Source: Eubacteriales bacterium
GTDB taxonomy: Bacteria; Bacillota; Clostridia; Oscillospirales; CAG-272
Reading direction: 5' to 3'
Length of the DNA: 64,000 nucleotides
Assembly: GCA_045658565.1 (NCBI GenBank)
Contig: JAZOVF010000030.1
Location: 72,893-136,892, forward strand
Shown here: in pieces, positions 36,802 through 46,823 of the stretch
Layout of the letters: every line of letters begins with the position of its first letter
Numbering within the stretch: the first letter of the stretch is position 1
Made by a program: the position numbers and the translations under genes
Notes under the pieces: generated by a model
Seen by the model: the letters and a program-made list of their open reading frames with translations, nothing else
Told to the model about the DNA's origin: nothing
Databases searched by the model: none

Positions 36802-37031
36802 AACTATTCCTCCTTTGTTAGTTTAGTCTGTCTACGCCTCAAATATAATACTATATCTTTTACATTTTGTCAAGAGTTTTTTACTAAATATTAACTTTTG
36901 AACCACAAAATTAGTAAAATTATAGGAATTTTTGTAAAAAAAGAACAAATTTAAAGTTTATTTTTATAAATCAGCCCCACTTTTATTGACAAATATCACT
37001 CGGTATGCTATCATTTAATTGATAAAATTAT

Positions 37032-37469
37032 ATGGAGGAAGAGACTATGATATACGGTTGGTATTGGATAGCTGTAATAGTTATCGCCATTATTGCCGAG
37101 CTTGTTACCGAGCAGCTTATTTCTATTTGGTTTGTTCCCGGTGCTATGGCTGCTACAATTCTTGACTTTTTATATCCGTCACTTGCTTTGGAGATTATTC
37201 TTTTTCTTGTTCTCTCCGGTGTCGGCATTATACTTACAAAACTTGTATTTACAAAGCATAACAAAGATACAAGAACAAACATCGATGCAATTATTGGCGA
37301 AAAATGTATTGTAACCGAAAAAATCGATAATTTTGCAGGCTGCGGTCAAGCTCGTGTAAACGGGCAGGTATGGTCTGCAAGAGGTTCGCTTGAAAGCGAT
37401 ACTTTCGAGGTTGGCGAATCGCTTACAGTTGTTGCCATTGAGGGAGTTAAGCTCATTTGCAAGAAATAG
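37032..37469 (+). CDS. NfeD-family membrane protein
   Basis: N-terminal TM helices plus a C-terminal OB-like domain, immediately upstream of an SPFH gene. The start could instead be 37047. Confidence 0.75.
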   Translation: MEEETMIYGWYWIAVIVIAIIAELVTEQLISIWFVPGAMAATILDFLYPSLALEIILFLVLSGVGIILTKLVFTKHNKDTRTNIDAIIGEKCIVTEKIDNFAGCGQARVNGQVWSARGSLESDTFEVGESLTVVAIEGVKLICKK

Positions 37470-37512
37470 CTCTAAAGGTATATAATAATATTAGAAAGGT
37501 AGGTAATCTATT

Positions 37513-38487
37513 ATGATATTTAATTTTACTCCGCTTCTTGCGGCCATGCCCGCTCCGATATTATTTGTAATTATTTTGCTTGCGCTTATTGTTGTGGTTC
37601 TTATTCTGAATATCAAAATTGTTCCGCAGGCAACAGCGCAGGTTGTTGAGCGCCTTGGCAGTTATACAAAGACCTGGCACACAGGAGTTCACTTTAAAAT
37701 TCCATTTATTGAACGTATTGCAATGAAGATTACTCTTATGGAGCAGGTTGTTGATTTTCCGCCTCAGCCCGTTATTACTAAGGATAATGTAAGAATGCAG
37801 ATTGATACTGTTGTCTTTTATCAGATAACCGACTGCAAGCTATACGCCTACGGTGTAACAAATCCGCTTATGGCTATTGAAAATCTTACAGCAACAACAC
37901 TTCGTAACATTATAGGTGAGCTTGACCTTGACCAGACCTTAACCTCGCGTGATATAATAAACACAAAAATGCGTTCCATCCTCGATGAAGCGACCGACCC
38001 CTGGGGAATTAAGGTTAACAGAGTTGAGTTAAAGAACATTATACCCCCTAAGGAAATTCAGGATGCTATGGAAAAGCAGATGAAAGCCGAGCGTGAGCGT
38101 CGCGAGCTTATCCTTAAGGCCGAGGGAGAAAAGAATTCAACCATCCTTATTGCAGAGGGTAATAAGCAACAGCTTATTTTGGCAGCAGAGGCAGAGAAGG
38201 AGTCTGCAATTTTGAGAGCCGAAGCGGCAAGAGAGGCTAAAATCAAAGAGGCTGAGGGAGAAGCCGAGGCTATTCTCAAGATACAAGAAGCGACAGCCCG
38301 GGGAATTAAGATGATAAACGATGTGTCGCCAAGTGATGCCGTTCTTACCTTAAAGAGCCTTGAGGCCTTTGAAAAAGCAGCAGACGGTAAGGCTACAAAG
38401 ATTATTATCCCCTCAAATATTCAAGGAATCGCAGGTCTTGCAAGTGCTCTGACGGAATCGGTAAAAGAACCTGATAATCAATATTAA
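37513..38487 (+). CDS. SPFH/band-7 (stomatin-like) protein
   Basis: TM anchor, SPFH domain and an Ala/Glu-rich coiled coil. The NfeD-SPFH pairing supports the call. Confidence 0.9.
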   Translation: MIFNFTPLLAAMPAPILFVIILLALIVVVLILNIKIVPQATAQVVERLGSYTKTWHTGVHFKIPFIERIAMKITLMEQVVDFPPQPVITKDNVRMQIDTVVFYQITDCKLYAYGVTNPLMAIENLTATTLRNIIGELDLDQTLTSRDIINTKMRSILDEATDPWGIKVNRVELKNIIPPKEIQDAMEKQMKAERERRELILKAEGEKNSTILIAEGNKQQLILAAEAEKESAILRAEAAREAKIKEAEGEAEAILKIQEATARGIKMINDVSPSDAVLTLKSLEAFEKAADGKATKIIIPSNIQGIAGLASALTESVKEPDNQY

Positions 38488-38526
38488 AGATAAAGAAAAA
38501 ATCCAAGCAAAATGCTTGGATTTTTT

Positions 38527-38604
38527 TGGGGTGAAATATGGGATTCGAACCCACGACCTCCAGGGCCACAACCTGGCGCTCTAACCAGCTGAGCTAATTC
38601 CACC
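38527..38604 (-). tRNA. tRNA-His (GTG)
   Basis: Manual cloverleaf: G-1, acceptor GTGGAAT/ATTTCAC, anticodon loop TTGTGGC, T arm GTGGG-TTCGAAT-CCCAT, encoded CCA. Confidence 0.95.
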
Positions 38605-38612
38605 GTATGTGT

Positions 38613-38689
38613 TGGCGTGCCTTGAGGGACTCGAACCCCCGACCTACTGCTTAGAAGGCAGTTGCTCTATCCAGCTGAGCTAAAGGCAC
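38613..38689 (-). tRNA. tRNA-Arg (TCT)
   Basis: Manual cloverleaf: acceptor GTGCCTT/AAGGCAC, anticodon loop CTTCTAA, T arm GGGGG-TTCGAGT-CCCTC, encoded CCA. Confidence 0.95.
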
Positions 38690-38708
38690 ATGCTTGACAA
38701 CGTCAATT

Positions 38709-38737
38709 ATTATAGCAGAACATTTGAATTTTGTCAA
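38709..38737 (-). promoter_or_regulatory. sigma-A promoter of the tRNA-Arg/tRNA-His pair
   Basis: On the minus strand: TTGACA, 17 nt, TATAAT, ending about 20 nt before the tRNA-Arg 5' end. Confidence 0.6.
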
Positions 38738-38876
38738 TAGATTTTTTTATTTTTTTTTAAAAAGTGCAAATATCTTTGGTTGAGAATATTTATCCGGTTA
38801 TCACATACGGTCGTATTTGCATACTATTATAAGGATACAGCATATTACAGCTTTTAATTTATATTTTAACAATTTG

Positions 38877-38905
38877 TTGACATTGCTTCATTTTAGTGCT
38901 ATAAT
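38877..38905 (+). promoter_or_regulatory. sigma-A promoter
   Basis: TTGACA, 17 nt, TATAAT. Confidence 0.6.
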
Positions 38906-38936
38906 GTGATTGTAAATCAAACTTAGGAGGTTTGTT

Positions 38937-39200
38937 ATGGAAATTTTAAAGAAGTATTTTCCGCTTTCCTGGAAGTATTCCAATGACGTTGCTAATGTTA
39001 TCATTGGTATAATAGTTCAGCTTATTGTCGGTATTCTTGCAGGTGCCTTGATTGTGCTTTCAACATTTATTGTTGGTTGGATTCCTGTTGTTGGCGCGCT
39101 TGTTGGATGGGCTCTCGGTATTATCGGCTCTCTTGTTGACATTTATGTTCTTGCAGGAATTATTATCCAGCTTCTTGTTTTCTTTAAGGTTATTAAGTAA
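38937..39200 (+). CDS. small hydrophobic membrane protein
   Basis: 87 aa with two or three Gly/Ile/Val-rich TM helices, a GGAGG RBS and a consensus promoter. Confidence 0.5.
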   Translation: MEILKKYFPLSWKYSNDVANVIIGIIVQLIVGILAGALIVLSTFIVGWIPVVGALVGWALGIIGSLVDIYVLAGIIIQLLVFFKVIK

Positions 39201-39376
39201 CCAGGCTTAGCATTGTGTCATTAAGGACACAACGCATCGATATCAATCCCTTGCAGTATTGTCGATATGTTGCTGATGCAAACGAGGGATTGATATCATA
39301 TCAAGTTTTAGCGTAGCAAAAAAACATATCTACCAGCTAAATATTGGCATTTGTATCTACAAATGCCGTGCTTGTC

Positions 39377-39412
39377 AAGAAAAGAGGGCAGAGAAATTTA
39401 CATTCTCTGTCC
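39377..39412 (-). terminator. rho-independent terminator of clpC-like gene
   Basis: On the minus strand: GGACAGAGAA-TGTAAAT-TTCTCTGCCC followed by a T-rich run. Confidence 0.65.
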
Positions 39413-39500
39413 TTTTCCTGTTTGTAGGTGTTTTATTTACTTTTAATTTTAAAACTGTCCTTTAGAGTACACACCTTTTGATGTATCTTTTTTCTTAGTT

Positions 39501-41786
39501 TTAAATTGCAAGTAATGTATCACCGATTTTGAAGCTTAATTTATTATCCTCAACATAAATATCTATTTTTAATTCGTCTACACCGTTTTTTTCGGACAAA
39601 AGCGTGGCAATTTTGTTTTCAATATCAGATGCAATAAGTCTGAGAAGCGGTCTTGCTCCCAGCCCTCTTATTTCCGATTGTTTAGCGATATATTCTATAG
39701 CTTCATCCGCAACATAAAGTTTTATGCCTCGTTTTTTCAGTCTCATTTCCAGCTCAGCAAGCTTCATAGACGCAATCTCATAAAGAGCATTTTTATCAAG
39801 AGAAGAGAAAACTACAATATCATCTATCCTGTTAATAAATTCACCCGAAAAATGCTCCTTAAGTCTTTCGGTTATATTATTCCCGATTTCTCTTGAAACA
39901 AAGCCTATATCTCCTTTAAAAGAAGCTGCCACCGCGTTTGATGTCATTATTATATATGTGTTTCTGAAATTGATTTTTCTGCCCTTAGAGTCGGTAATAT
40001 AACCGTTATCAAAAATCTGCAGAAGCAGAGAAAGAACATCGGGATGGGCTTTTTCAATTTCATCGAACAATATAACCGAATTTGTATGAAGCCTAACTTT
40101 ATCAAAAGCAGAGCCGTGTTCCTCGTAACCAACATATCCGGGCGCTGAGCCTATAAGCTTTGAAACAGAAAATGATTCAGAATACTCAGACATATCAAAC
40201 CTAATAAGCGTATCTTTTCCAAACATCTCCTCCGCAAAGGCTGATGCAAGCGCTGTTTTTCCTACACCGCTTTCTCCGAGAAACAAAAAAATTCCTCTGG
40301 GCCTATCCTCGCTTGATATTCCCGACCTGCTTCGCCTCATAGCTGAGGCAAGTCTTTCAACAGCTTCTCTTTGTCCTTTTATTTTATACATAAGCCGTTT
40401 TTCGATGTCGTCTGTGTTATCCGAGTTGTAAAGTGATATATCAAAACCCAGCATTTCAGACATTACATCTATTACGGTTTTTTCGTTAACACAGGATTTT
40501 ACAACAGGGAAAATAGCATTCTGCTCGATTATATTGCTGATATTTTCTAATTTTGCAACACCGGAGCCGGGATTTACATTAGCCATAGCGCAGGCCTCAT
40601 CAAGTATATCTATCGCCTTATCGGGAAAATGTCTGTCCTGAATATATTTGTTTGAAAGCTCGATTGCCGCAACAAGCGCCGAGTCATCAATTTTAATCTT
40701 GTGGTGCTCCTCGTACCTCGGGCTAATACCTCTCATAATGCTTAGCATTTCTTCTTTTTTAGGCTCATTTATCATAACAGGCTGAAATCTTCGCTCAAGA
40801 GCCGAGTCCTTCTCGATATATTTCTTGTATTCATCAAGAGTTGTAGCGCCGATAAGCTGTATATTTCCTCTTGCAAGCTCGGGCTTCATAATGTTCGAGG
40901 CGTCAATCGCCCCCTCGGCAGAGCCTGCGCCCACAATGCTGTGTATCTCATCTATAAATAAAATCACAGACTTGTTTTTTGTAGCCTCGTCAAGAATATT
41001 TTTTATTCGTTCTTCAAAATCTCCTCTGTATTTTGCGCCTGCAACCATTGCGGAAAGATCAATTGATATAATAATTTTTCCAAGCATAGAGGAGGGAACA
41101 TCTCCCTTGGCAATTCTTTCTGCCAGTCCCTCAATTATTGCCGTTTTACCAACTCCCGCCTCGCCGATAAGACAGGGGTTGTTTTTTCTTTTTCTTGACA
41201 GTATACGTATTATTCTGTCGGTTTCCTTTTCTCTGCCGATTACGGGGTCATAGCATCCGAGAGCCGCCGATGATGTCATATTTATTCCGTACTTTGTTAA
41301 ATTAGGTATATTTATATTTGTAGGCTCGGCTATTTTTACAATCTCTCTTTGTGTAAGTCTGATATACCCGATTATATCATCTCTTAAAACCGATATGTTA
41401 GCTTCCGATTTTAAAATTATTCGTCCTGCAACGCTATCCTTTTCTTCAAGCAGGGCAAAAAGCAGATGTTCTGTTCCTGTAAGCTCCGTGCCGTATCTTA
41501 AAGATATTTTATAAGCCTCTTCAATTATCTTTCTGAGTCTTGGGGTTGTGTCGTGGGATGTTAGATTACTTTTAGTTCCCAGACCCGAATATTCCTTTAT
41601 TGCGGCGCGGAGCATTTTCTCGTTTATTTTATTCTTTGCAAGTAACACCGCAGCGTAGGTTCCCGCCTCGGTGGCAAGTGCCAAAAGCAGATGCTCCGTA
41701 CCGATATACGTATGACCAAACTCCTCGGCAAGACTTACCGATTTGTTTAATACAATTTCTGCCTTTTCTGTAAATTTACTACTCAT
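39501..41786 (-). CDS. Clp/Hsp100 ATPase, ClpC-like
   Basis: Double Clp_N repeat, two AAA modules (GEAGVGKTA, GESGVGKTA) and the sensor motif GARPL. Confidence 0.88.
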   Translation of the reverse strand: MSSKFTEKAEIVLNKSVSLAEEFGHTYIGTEHLLLALATEAGTYAAVLLAKNKINEKMLRAAIKEYSGLGTKSNLTSHDTTPRLRKIIEEAYKISLRYGTELTGTEHLLFALLEEKDSVAGRIILKSEANISVLRDDIIGYIRLTQREIVKIAEPTNINIPNLTKYGINMTSSAALGCYDPVIGREKETDRIIRILSRKRKNNPCLIGEAGVGKTAIIEGLAERIAKGDVPSSMLGKIIISIDLSAMVAGAKYRGDFEERIKNILDEATKNKSVILFIDEIHSIVGAGSAEGAIDASNIMKPELARGNIQLIGATTLDEYKKYIEKDSALERRFQPVMINEPKKEEMLSIMRGISPRYEEHHKIKIDDSALVAAIELSNKYIQDRHFPDKAIDILDEACAMANVNPGSGVAKLENISNIIEQNAIFPVVKSCVNEKTVIDVMSEMLGFDISLYNSDNTDDIEKRLMYKIKGQREAVERLASAMRRSRSGISSEDRPRGIFLFLGESGVGKTALASAFAEEMFGKDTLIRFDMSEYSESFSVSKLIGSAPGYVGYEEHGSAFDKVRLHTNSVILFDEIEKAHPDVLSLLLQIFDNGYITDSKGRKINFRNTYIIMTSNAVAASFKGDIGFVSREIGNNITERLKEHFSGEFINRIDDIVVFSSLDKNALYEIASMKLAELEMRLKKRGIKLYVADEAIEYIAKQSEIRGLGARPLLRLIASDIENKIATLLSEKNGVDELKIDIYVEDNKLSFKIGDTLLAI

Positions 41787-41854
41787 TTTTTCTCCGTATA
41801 GTTTTGTTGTACCGTGATTATACCCGCCTCACAAAGGAATAAAACAGTTAAAAA

Positions 41855-42337
41855 TTAAATTTTACCGCCCCCAATATTTTTGTAGTCCTTATCTATTCTG
41901 GAATACAACTTCATATCAATCCCGTCGGAATTATCTGAATTGTATATCTGCCTGATTTTTTCCACGCATAATTCCGTTTCTTTAGAATAATATGGCGAGG
42001 AACGCAAACGGTGATATACACCGTAATAATCAAGCAAAGCACCGATTTTTTTATTTATTTCTCGGATATTATCGCCATAGCTTCCGGGAAGCAACGGAAA
42101 TTTTATATCATCGGGTATTTTTACCTCATTAAAATTGTATTCTTCATAAAGCAGCTCAAATGTTTCTCTGTCAACAATTCCTGTTTGTTTTATTTCTTTT
42201 TGTTTTTGAAATTCCATAACCTCCATGCGGGTATTTTCATCATAGTTACCGCTTACCGATATATGATTATCCGAGATTCCAAGCAAATAACGCTGCAACT
42301 CCTTAACGGCATTTCTTTTATTACTTATATCGTACAC
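41855..42337 (-). CDS. peptidoglycan-binding-domain protein (GTG start)
   Basis: A single PG_binding_1-like segment (VKELQRYL...DENTRMEVMEFQ...TGIVDRETFELL). Confidence 0.55.
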   Translation of the reverse strand: MYDISNKRNAVKELQRYLLGISDNHISVSGNYDENTRMEVMEFQKQKEIKQTGIVDRETFELLYEEYNFNEVKIPDDIKFPLLPGSYGDNIREINKKIGALLDYYGVYHRLRSSPYYSKETELCVEKIRQIYNSDNSDGIDMKLYSRIDKDYKNIGGGKI

Positions 42338-42348
42338 AAGCTTTCTCC

Positions 42349-43746
42349 TTATGATATATCGTATCCGGGGTATTGTCCCGCTGATGCAATGTTTCCTGTA
42401 TAGAGGTCATCATATATACTTGTAATCGCGTTCCAGGTTGGCGCAGAAACTCTGTCAGGCTCTCCTGTCAGATTAAATATTTCCTTGAAAACACGTACTT
42501 GCTCGGCGGTTGCATTTCCGAATATTCCGTCAACATTAACCTTAGGTATTTCGGGATAGCTTTCGGCAATAAAGTTTAAATACTCCTGCAAGGCTCTTAC
42601 ATCGTTTCCCTCTATACCCGGTCTTAATATACGTCCCGGAAAGGGAAGAATTCTGCCGCTGTAAAACTCATAATCAATTTCGGCAATAAAGCTTTGGTAC
42701 ACGCTTTCGATTTTATCAAAGGTCTCGCGGTTGACTACACCTGTTTCTGGGAGGCCATAGGTTTTCTGGAATGAACGGACAGAGGCCTCGGTAATCGGTC
42801 CGAATGAGCCGTCAAAGCCTGCAGACTGAACACTCTGTACAAAAAGGGCGATATAGCTTAAATAATACTGCACAGTCAGCACGCCGTCACCGCTTGCACC
42901 CTCGCTAAGCTCTCCTGAATATCTGTTTGTTATATCATCAACAGTAAGTCCCTCGGAGCTTACTGTATAAAGCTTTTTTACCGCATTATATATTGACTGT
43001 ATGCTGTTCCAGGTAGCGCGTCCCACAAGCCCGTCGGGTGTGAGGTTAAATACCTCCTGAAATTTTCTTACACTATCTGTTGTACTGCTGCCAAAAAATC
43101 CGTCAACGGGATAAATTTTCGGAATACCGGGGAAATTTGCCGATATTCTGTTAAGACGCCTTTGTATAAGCTCGACCTCAAAGCCCGTGTCGCCCTCGCT
43201 TAAAGTAAACGAAGGGGCAAGGGCAGGGGCATCTCCTACCGGAACATTTTCGACAATGGTTATATCATCGCCATAATATCTCTTTAAAATTGAAAGATAA
43301 TCAAGCCCCTGCTCGGCAAGTCTTACGCTGCCCCATTGCTCAAGTCCGTTGCAGCTTATCTCAACTCCGTCGCAGAACTCTGCAAAAAGCGGCTCGATAT
43401 TTTCGTCACGTCTTATATAGCTGTTAAATATCTCGTCAACAATCTCAGAAATGTTTGAATAAATTTCTCTCTGGTATATATACGTCTGGTCGTAGGCGGG
43501 GGAATTGGTTATATCAAAGTTATAGCCGCGGTTTCGGTAAAATCCTGTATAAAAGCGATTAAGCGCAACAGAAATCTGCGCCAGAATATTTGCTCTCAAA
43601 GCCTCCTCGGGCCATGTTGGGTATATTTCGCTTGATGCCACATTTTTTATGTATGAAGCAAAGCTTTCGGTTACGTTCATTGCATCTGAGTCGGGGGAAC
43701 CAAGATGAACAACAATTTCTTCGGGTATTATAGGTTCAAACGCCAT
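42349..43746 (-). CDS. protein with three peptidoglycan-binding repeats and an unassigned ~170-aa N-terminal domain (SleC-like?)
   Basis: Three PG_binding_1 patterns (DGFFGSSTTDSVRKFQ..., DGSFGPITEASVRSFQ..., DGIFGNATAEQVRVFK...). Confidence 0.65.
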   Translation of the reverse strand: MAFEPIIPEEIVVHLGSPDSDAMNVTESFASYIKNVASSEIYPTWPEEALRANILAQISVALNRFYTGFYRNRGYNFDITNSPAYDQTYIYQREIYSNISEIVDEIFNSYIRRDENIEPLFAEFCDGVEISCNGLEQWGSVRLAEQGLDYLSILKRYYGDDITIVENVPVGDAPALAPSFTLSEGDTGFEVELIQRRLNRISANFPGIPKIYPVDGFFGSSTTDSVRKFQEVFNLTPDGLVGRATWNSIQSIYNAVKKLYTVSSEGLTVDDITNRYSGELSEGASGDGVLTVQYYLSYIALFVQSVQSAGFDGSFGPITEASVRSFQKTYGLPETGVVNRETFDKIESVYQSFIAEIDYEFYSGRILPFPGRILRPGIEGNDVRALQEYLNFIAESYPEIPKVNVDGIFGNATAEQVRVFKEIFNLTGEPDRVSAPTWNAITSIYDDLYTGNIASAGQYPGYDIS

Positions 43747-43769
43747 TGTTTTCTCCTTCTGTAATTTAG

Positions 43770-44165
43770 TCAGATTGGGACATTTTCTTCATTTGCATTT
43801 ATATTTCCCATGGGAAAGTTTTCTGGGTTTTCGGAAGAGGGAATCATAGCTATAAGCTGCTCCGAATTTATTCCGTCAAAGACAGGTACATTATATATTC
43901 TTTTTGTAAAATACCCCTCCTTTATAATTTCTATGTCGTAAATTGCAAACGGTACATCTGTCGGGTCGGGGTACTCGGACAGCTCTCTTGGCGGCGCGGG
44001 GAGGCTCACCCTCTCCGTAACTCCGTCTCTGTCTGTCAAAAGAGAGTATACAATATCTCTGTTTCCCTCCTCAGCACCTCTTATCCTGACTGTTGCTCCC
44101 TCCACCGGCAGTGCGCCCCCTGCGGTATAGGCTCTAACAGTCATATAACCGTTTTTGTTTAACAT
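43770..44165 (-). CDS. hypothetical beta-rich protein (carboxypeptidase-regulatory-like fold suspected)
   Basis: The start is moved to MLNKN behind an AGGAGG RBS. The call is weak and pattern-level only. Confidence 0.4.
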   Translation of the reverse strand: MLNKNGYMTVRAYTAGGALPVEGATVRIRGAEEGNRDIVYSLLTDRDGVTERVSLPAPPRELSEYPDPTDVPFAIYDIEIIKEGYFTKRIYNVPVFDGINSEQLIAMIPSSENPENFPMGNINANEENVPI

Positions 44166-44293
44166 ATAAAAGACCTCCTGCGTCAAATTTCGATTATTTA
44201 TGCTTCTTTTTGGTATTATTTCTATTGACTTTGGCGAATCAATAATATATAATATATGTGTATGACTATTTTATTTTGAATGGGAGATTAAAA

Positions 44294-45409
44294 ATGAGGG
44301 AAAATATGTACGGTGAGCTTAGTGTTATCGGCATGAAAGGCTGCGAGGATTTCGCAAATCAGGTTGATTTTTACCTTAAGGAGTGGCGTCGCCATGATAA
44401 TGACGGAACCTTCCTTGTTGATGCATGCTGCCCGAGATTTGGTAGCGGTGAGGCAAAGGGAACTATAAAGCACTCGCTCAGAGGAAACGACGTTTATATT
44501 ATTTGCGACGTTTTCAACCACGGTGTTACATATAAAATGTACGGCAACACCGTTCCTATGAGTCCTGACGACCATTTCCAGGACCTTAAGCGTATTATCG
44601 GCGCTATAGGCGGTAAGGCGCGCAGAATCAGCGTTATTATGCCTATGCTTTACGAGGGCAGACAGCACAAGCGTTCCGGCAGAGAGTCTCTTGACTGCGC
44701 TCTTGCGCTCCAGGAGCTTACCAACATGGGTGTTACCAATATTATCACCTTTGACGCTCACGACCCAAGAGTTCAGAACTCTATTCCTCTTAACGGCTTT
44801 GAGGATGTTCGCTCCTCTTATCAGATGATTAAGGCAATGCTCCGCAAGTATCCCGACATCAATATCGACCCCGATACAACAATGATCATTTCTCCCGACG
44901 AGGGCGGTATGGGCAAGTGCATGTACTACTCCTCTGTTATGGGTATCGATCTCGGTATGTTCTATAAGAGACGCGACTATTCTGTTATTATCAACGGCAA
45001 GAACCCCATTGTTGCTCACGAGTATCTCGGACGCGATGTTAAGGATAAGGACGTTATCATCGTTGACGATATGATATCCTCGGGCGACTCTGTTATCGAC
45101 GTTGCAAAGCAGCTTAAGGACAAGGGTGCTAAGCGTATCTTTGTATTTGCTACCTTCGGACTGTTCTGTAACGGTCTTGAAAATCTGGACAAGGCTTTCG
45201 AGGAAGGCGTTATTACTCAGATATTCACAACAAACCTTGTTTACAGAACTCCTGAGCTTCTTGCAAGAGAATGGTACTCCGAGGTTAATATGTGCAAGTA
45301 TGTTGCATATATTGTTGACACACTTAACCATGACAGAACTATAAGCCACCTTCTTGACCAGTCTAAGAAGATTCACGCTGTTCTTGATAAGCACAAGACA
45401 TGTAAGTAA
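44294..45409 (+). CDS. prs: ribose-phosphate pyrophosphokinase (long form)
   Basis: DAHD motif and PRPP-binding loop VIIVDDMISSGDS. GGGAGA RBS. Confidence 0.85.
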   Translation: MRENMYGELSVIGMKGCEDFANQVDFYLKEWRRHDNDGTFLVDACCPRFGSGEAKGTIKHSLRGNDVYIICDVFNHGVTYKMYGNTVPMSPDDHFQDLKRIIGAIGGKARRISVIMPMLYEGRQHKRSGRESLDCALALQELTNMGVTNIITFDAHDPRVQNSIPLNGFEDVRSSYQMIKAMLRKYPDINIDPDTTMIISPDEGGMGKCMYYSSVMGIDLGMFYKRRDYSVIINGKNPIVAHEYLGRDVKDKDVIIVDDMISSGDSVIDVAKQLKDKGAKRIFVFATFGLFCNGLENLDKAFEEGVITQIFTTNLVYRTPELLAREWYSEVNMCKYVAYIVDTLNHDRTISHLLDQSKKIHAVLDKHKTCK

Positions 45410-45420
45410 TATATATTCAA

Positions 45421-45457
45421 GTGAGGCGTGCAACCTGCGCTGCGCCTCACTTCTTTT
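45421..45457 (+). terminator. terminator of prs
   Basis: GTGAGGCG...CGCCTCAC stem followed by TTCTTTT. Confidence 0.6.
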
Positions 45458-45475
45458 AAAAAAGGGGGAGGCTCT

Positions 45476-45889
45476 ATGAGAATAACCTCAGAGTCTGACT
45501 ACGCACTCAGAATTCTTGCATCTATGGCTATGCACGAGGGCGTAACCGATGCTAAAACGCTTTCCGAAGAGACCTCGGTTACTCAGCGATTTGCATTAAA
45601 AATACTTCACAAGCTTGTTACAGGCGGTATTGTTGAGTCTTACAAGGGCGCAAGAGGCGGATATAAGCTAAGACTTAATCCATCCGAGATAACACTAAAA
45701 ATGGTTATAGAGCTTATTGACGGTCCTATTGCTATAGCAAGATGTGTTGACACAGCAGAAAACTGCTCGCTTAATTGCGATAAAACAGCATGTGCATTTC
45801 ATCATATTTTTGACTCCATAAGTATAGACCTTGCATCAAGACTTGAAAAAATTTCTATATTTGATGTTATAAACGGAAACTACCGCTAA
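45476..45889 (+). CDS. Rrf2-family transcriptional regulator
   Basis: MRITSESDYALRIL... winged-helix pattern with C-terminal Cys residues. Confidence 0.88.
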   Translation: MRITSESDYALRILASMAMHEGVTDAKTLSEETSVTQRFALKILHKLVTGGIVESYKGARGGYKLRLNPSEITLKMVIELIDGPIAIARCVDTAENCSLNCDKTACAFHHIFDSISIDLASRLEKISIFDVINGNYR

Positions 45890-45916
45890 GCGGTAGCTAT
45901 CAGAACGGAGAACTAT

Positions 45917-46822
45917 ATGTTAAGAATATCAACTATAAGCTTTCCGGGGCTTGGTATCGGCGATTTTACAGTCAACAGTGTTGCCTTTGAAATTTTCGGT
46001 ACTACAATTGCCTGGTATGCTTTAATAATAACAATGGGAATGGTTGCTGCCGTTGCTTATACCGTTTTCCAGGCAAAAAAGATTGGAATAACATTTGAGG
46101 ATGTTATCGACATTGCACTGTTTACAATTCCCATAGGAATAGTCGGTGCAAGACTTTATTACGTATTGACCTCACTCGATAAATTCAAAACCTTAGCATC
46201 GGTTTTTGATATCAGAAGCGGCGGTCTTGCAATTTACGGTGGAATTATAGCGGGCGGTATAACCGTTCTTGCTGTTTGCTACTACAAAAAGATAAATTTC
46301 CTTGCGTTTGCCGACTGTGTTTCTCCCGGAGTGCTTTTAGCACAGGGAATAGGACGTTGGGGTAACTTTATGAACGGCGAGGCGTACGGAGCTACTACCG
46401 ACAGCTTTATCCGTATGGGACTTTATAATGCCAACACAATGACTGACGAAAAGCTTATCGAAGCAGGCGCCGATGTCACAAAAATGGTATTTGTTCACCC
46501 GACCTTCCTGTATGAATCACTTTGGAATTTGCTCGGTGTTTTGCTCGTTTATCTTTTTGCAAAATTCATACACAAAAAATATGACGGCCAGCTCTTTATT
46601 ATGATATTCGGCTGGTACGGTCTTGGTAGAATGTTTATTGAGGGACTCAGAACAGACAGTCTCTATTTTGGTCCTGAGGAGTGGGGAATCAGAGTTTCTC
46701 AGGCTCTTGCGGCTTTAATTTTTGTTGCCGCCGTTGCGGCTCTAATATACTTCGGGATAAAAAAACCGAGCCGTCCGTTCTATCACAAAGAAATCAAAAA
46801 TGTCAAGAAAGGCAAGAAATAA
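45917..46822 (+). CDS. lgt: prolipoprotein diacylglyceryl transferase
   Basis: GRWGNFMNGEAYG signature in a polytopic membrane protein. Confidence 0.92.
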   Translation: MLRISTISFPGLGIGDFTVNSVAFEIFGTTIAWYALIITMGMVAAVAYTVFQAKKIGITFEDVIDIALFTIPIGIVGARLYYVLTSLDKFKTLASVFDIRSGGLAIYGGIIAGGITVLAVCYYKKINFLAFADCVSPGVLLAQGIGRWGNFMNGEAYGATTDSFIRMGLYNANTMTDEKLIEAGADVTKMVFVHPTFLYESLWNLLGVLLVYLFAKFIHKKYDGQLFIMIFGWYGLGRMFIEGLRTDSLYFGPEEWGIRVSQALAALIFVAAVAALIYFGIKKPSRPFYHKEIKNVKKGKK

Positions 46823-46823
46823 T

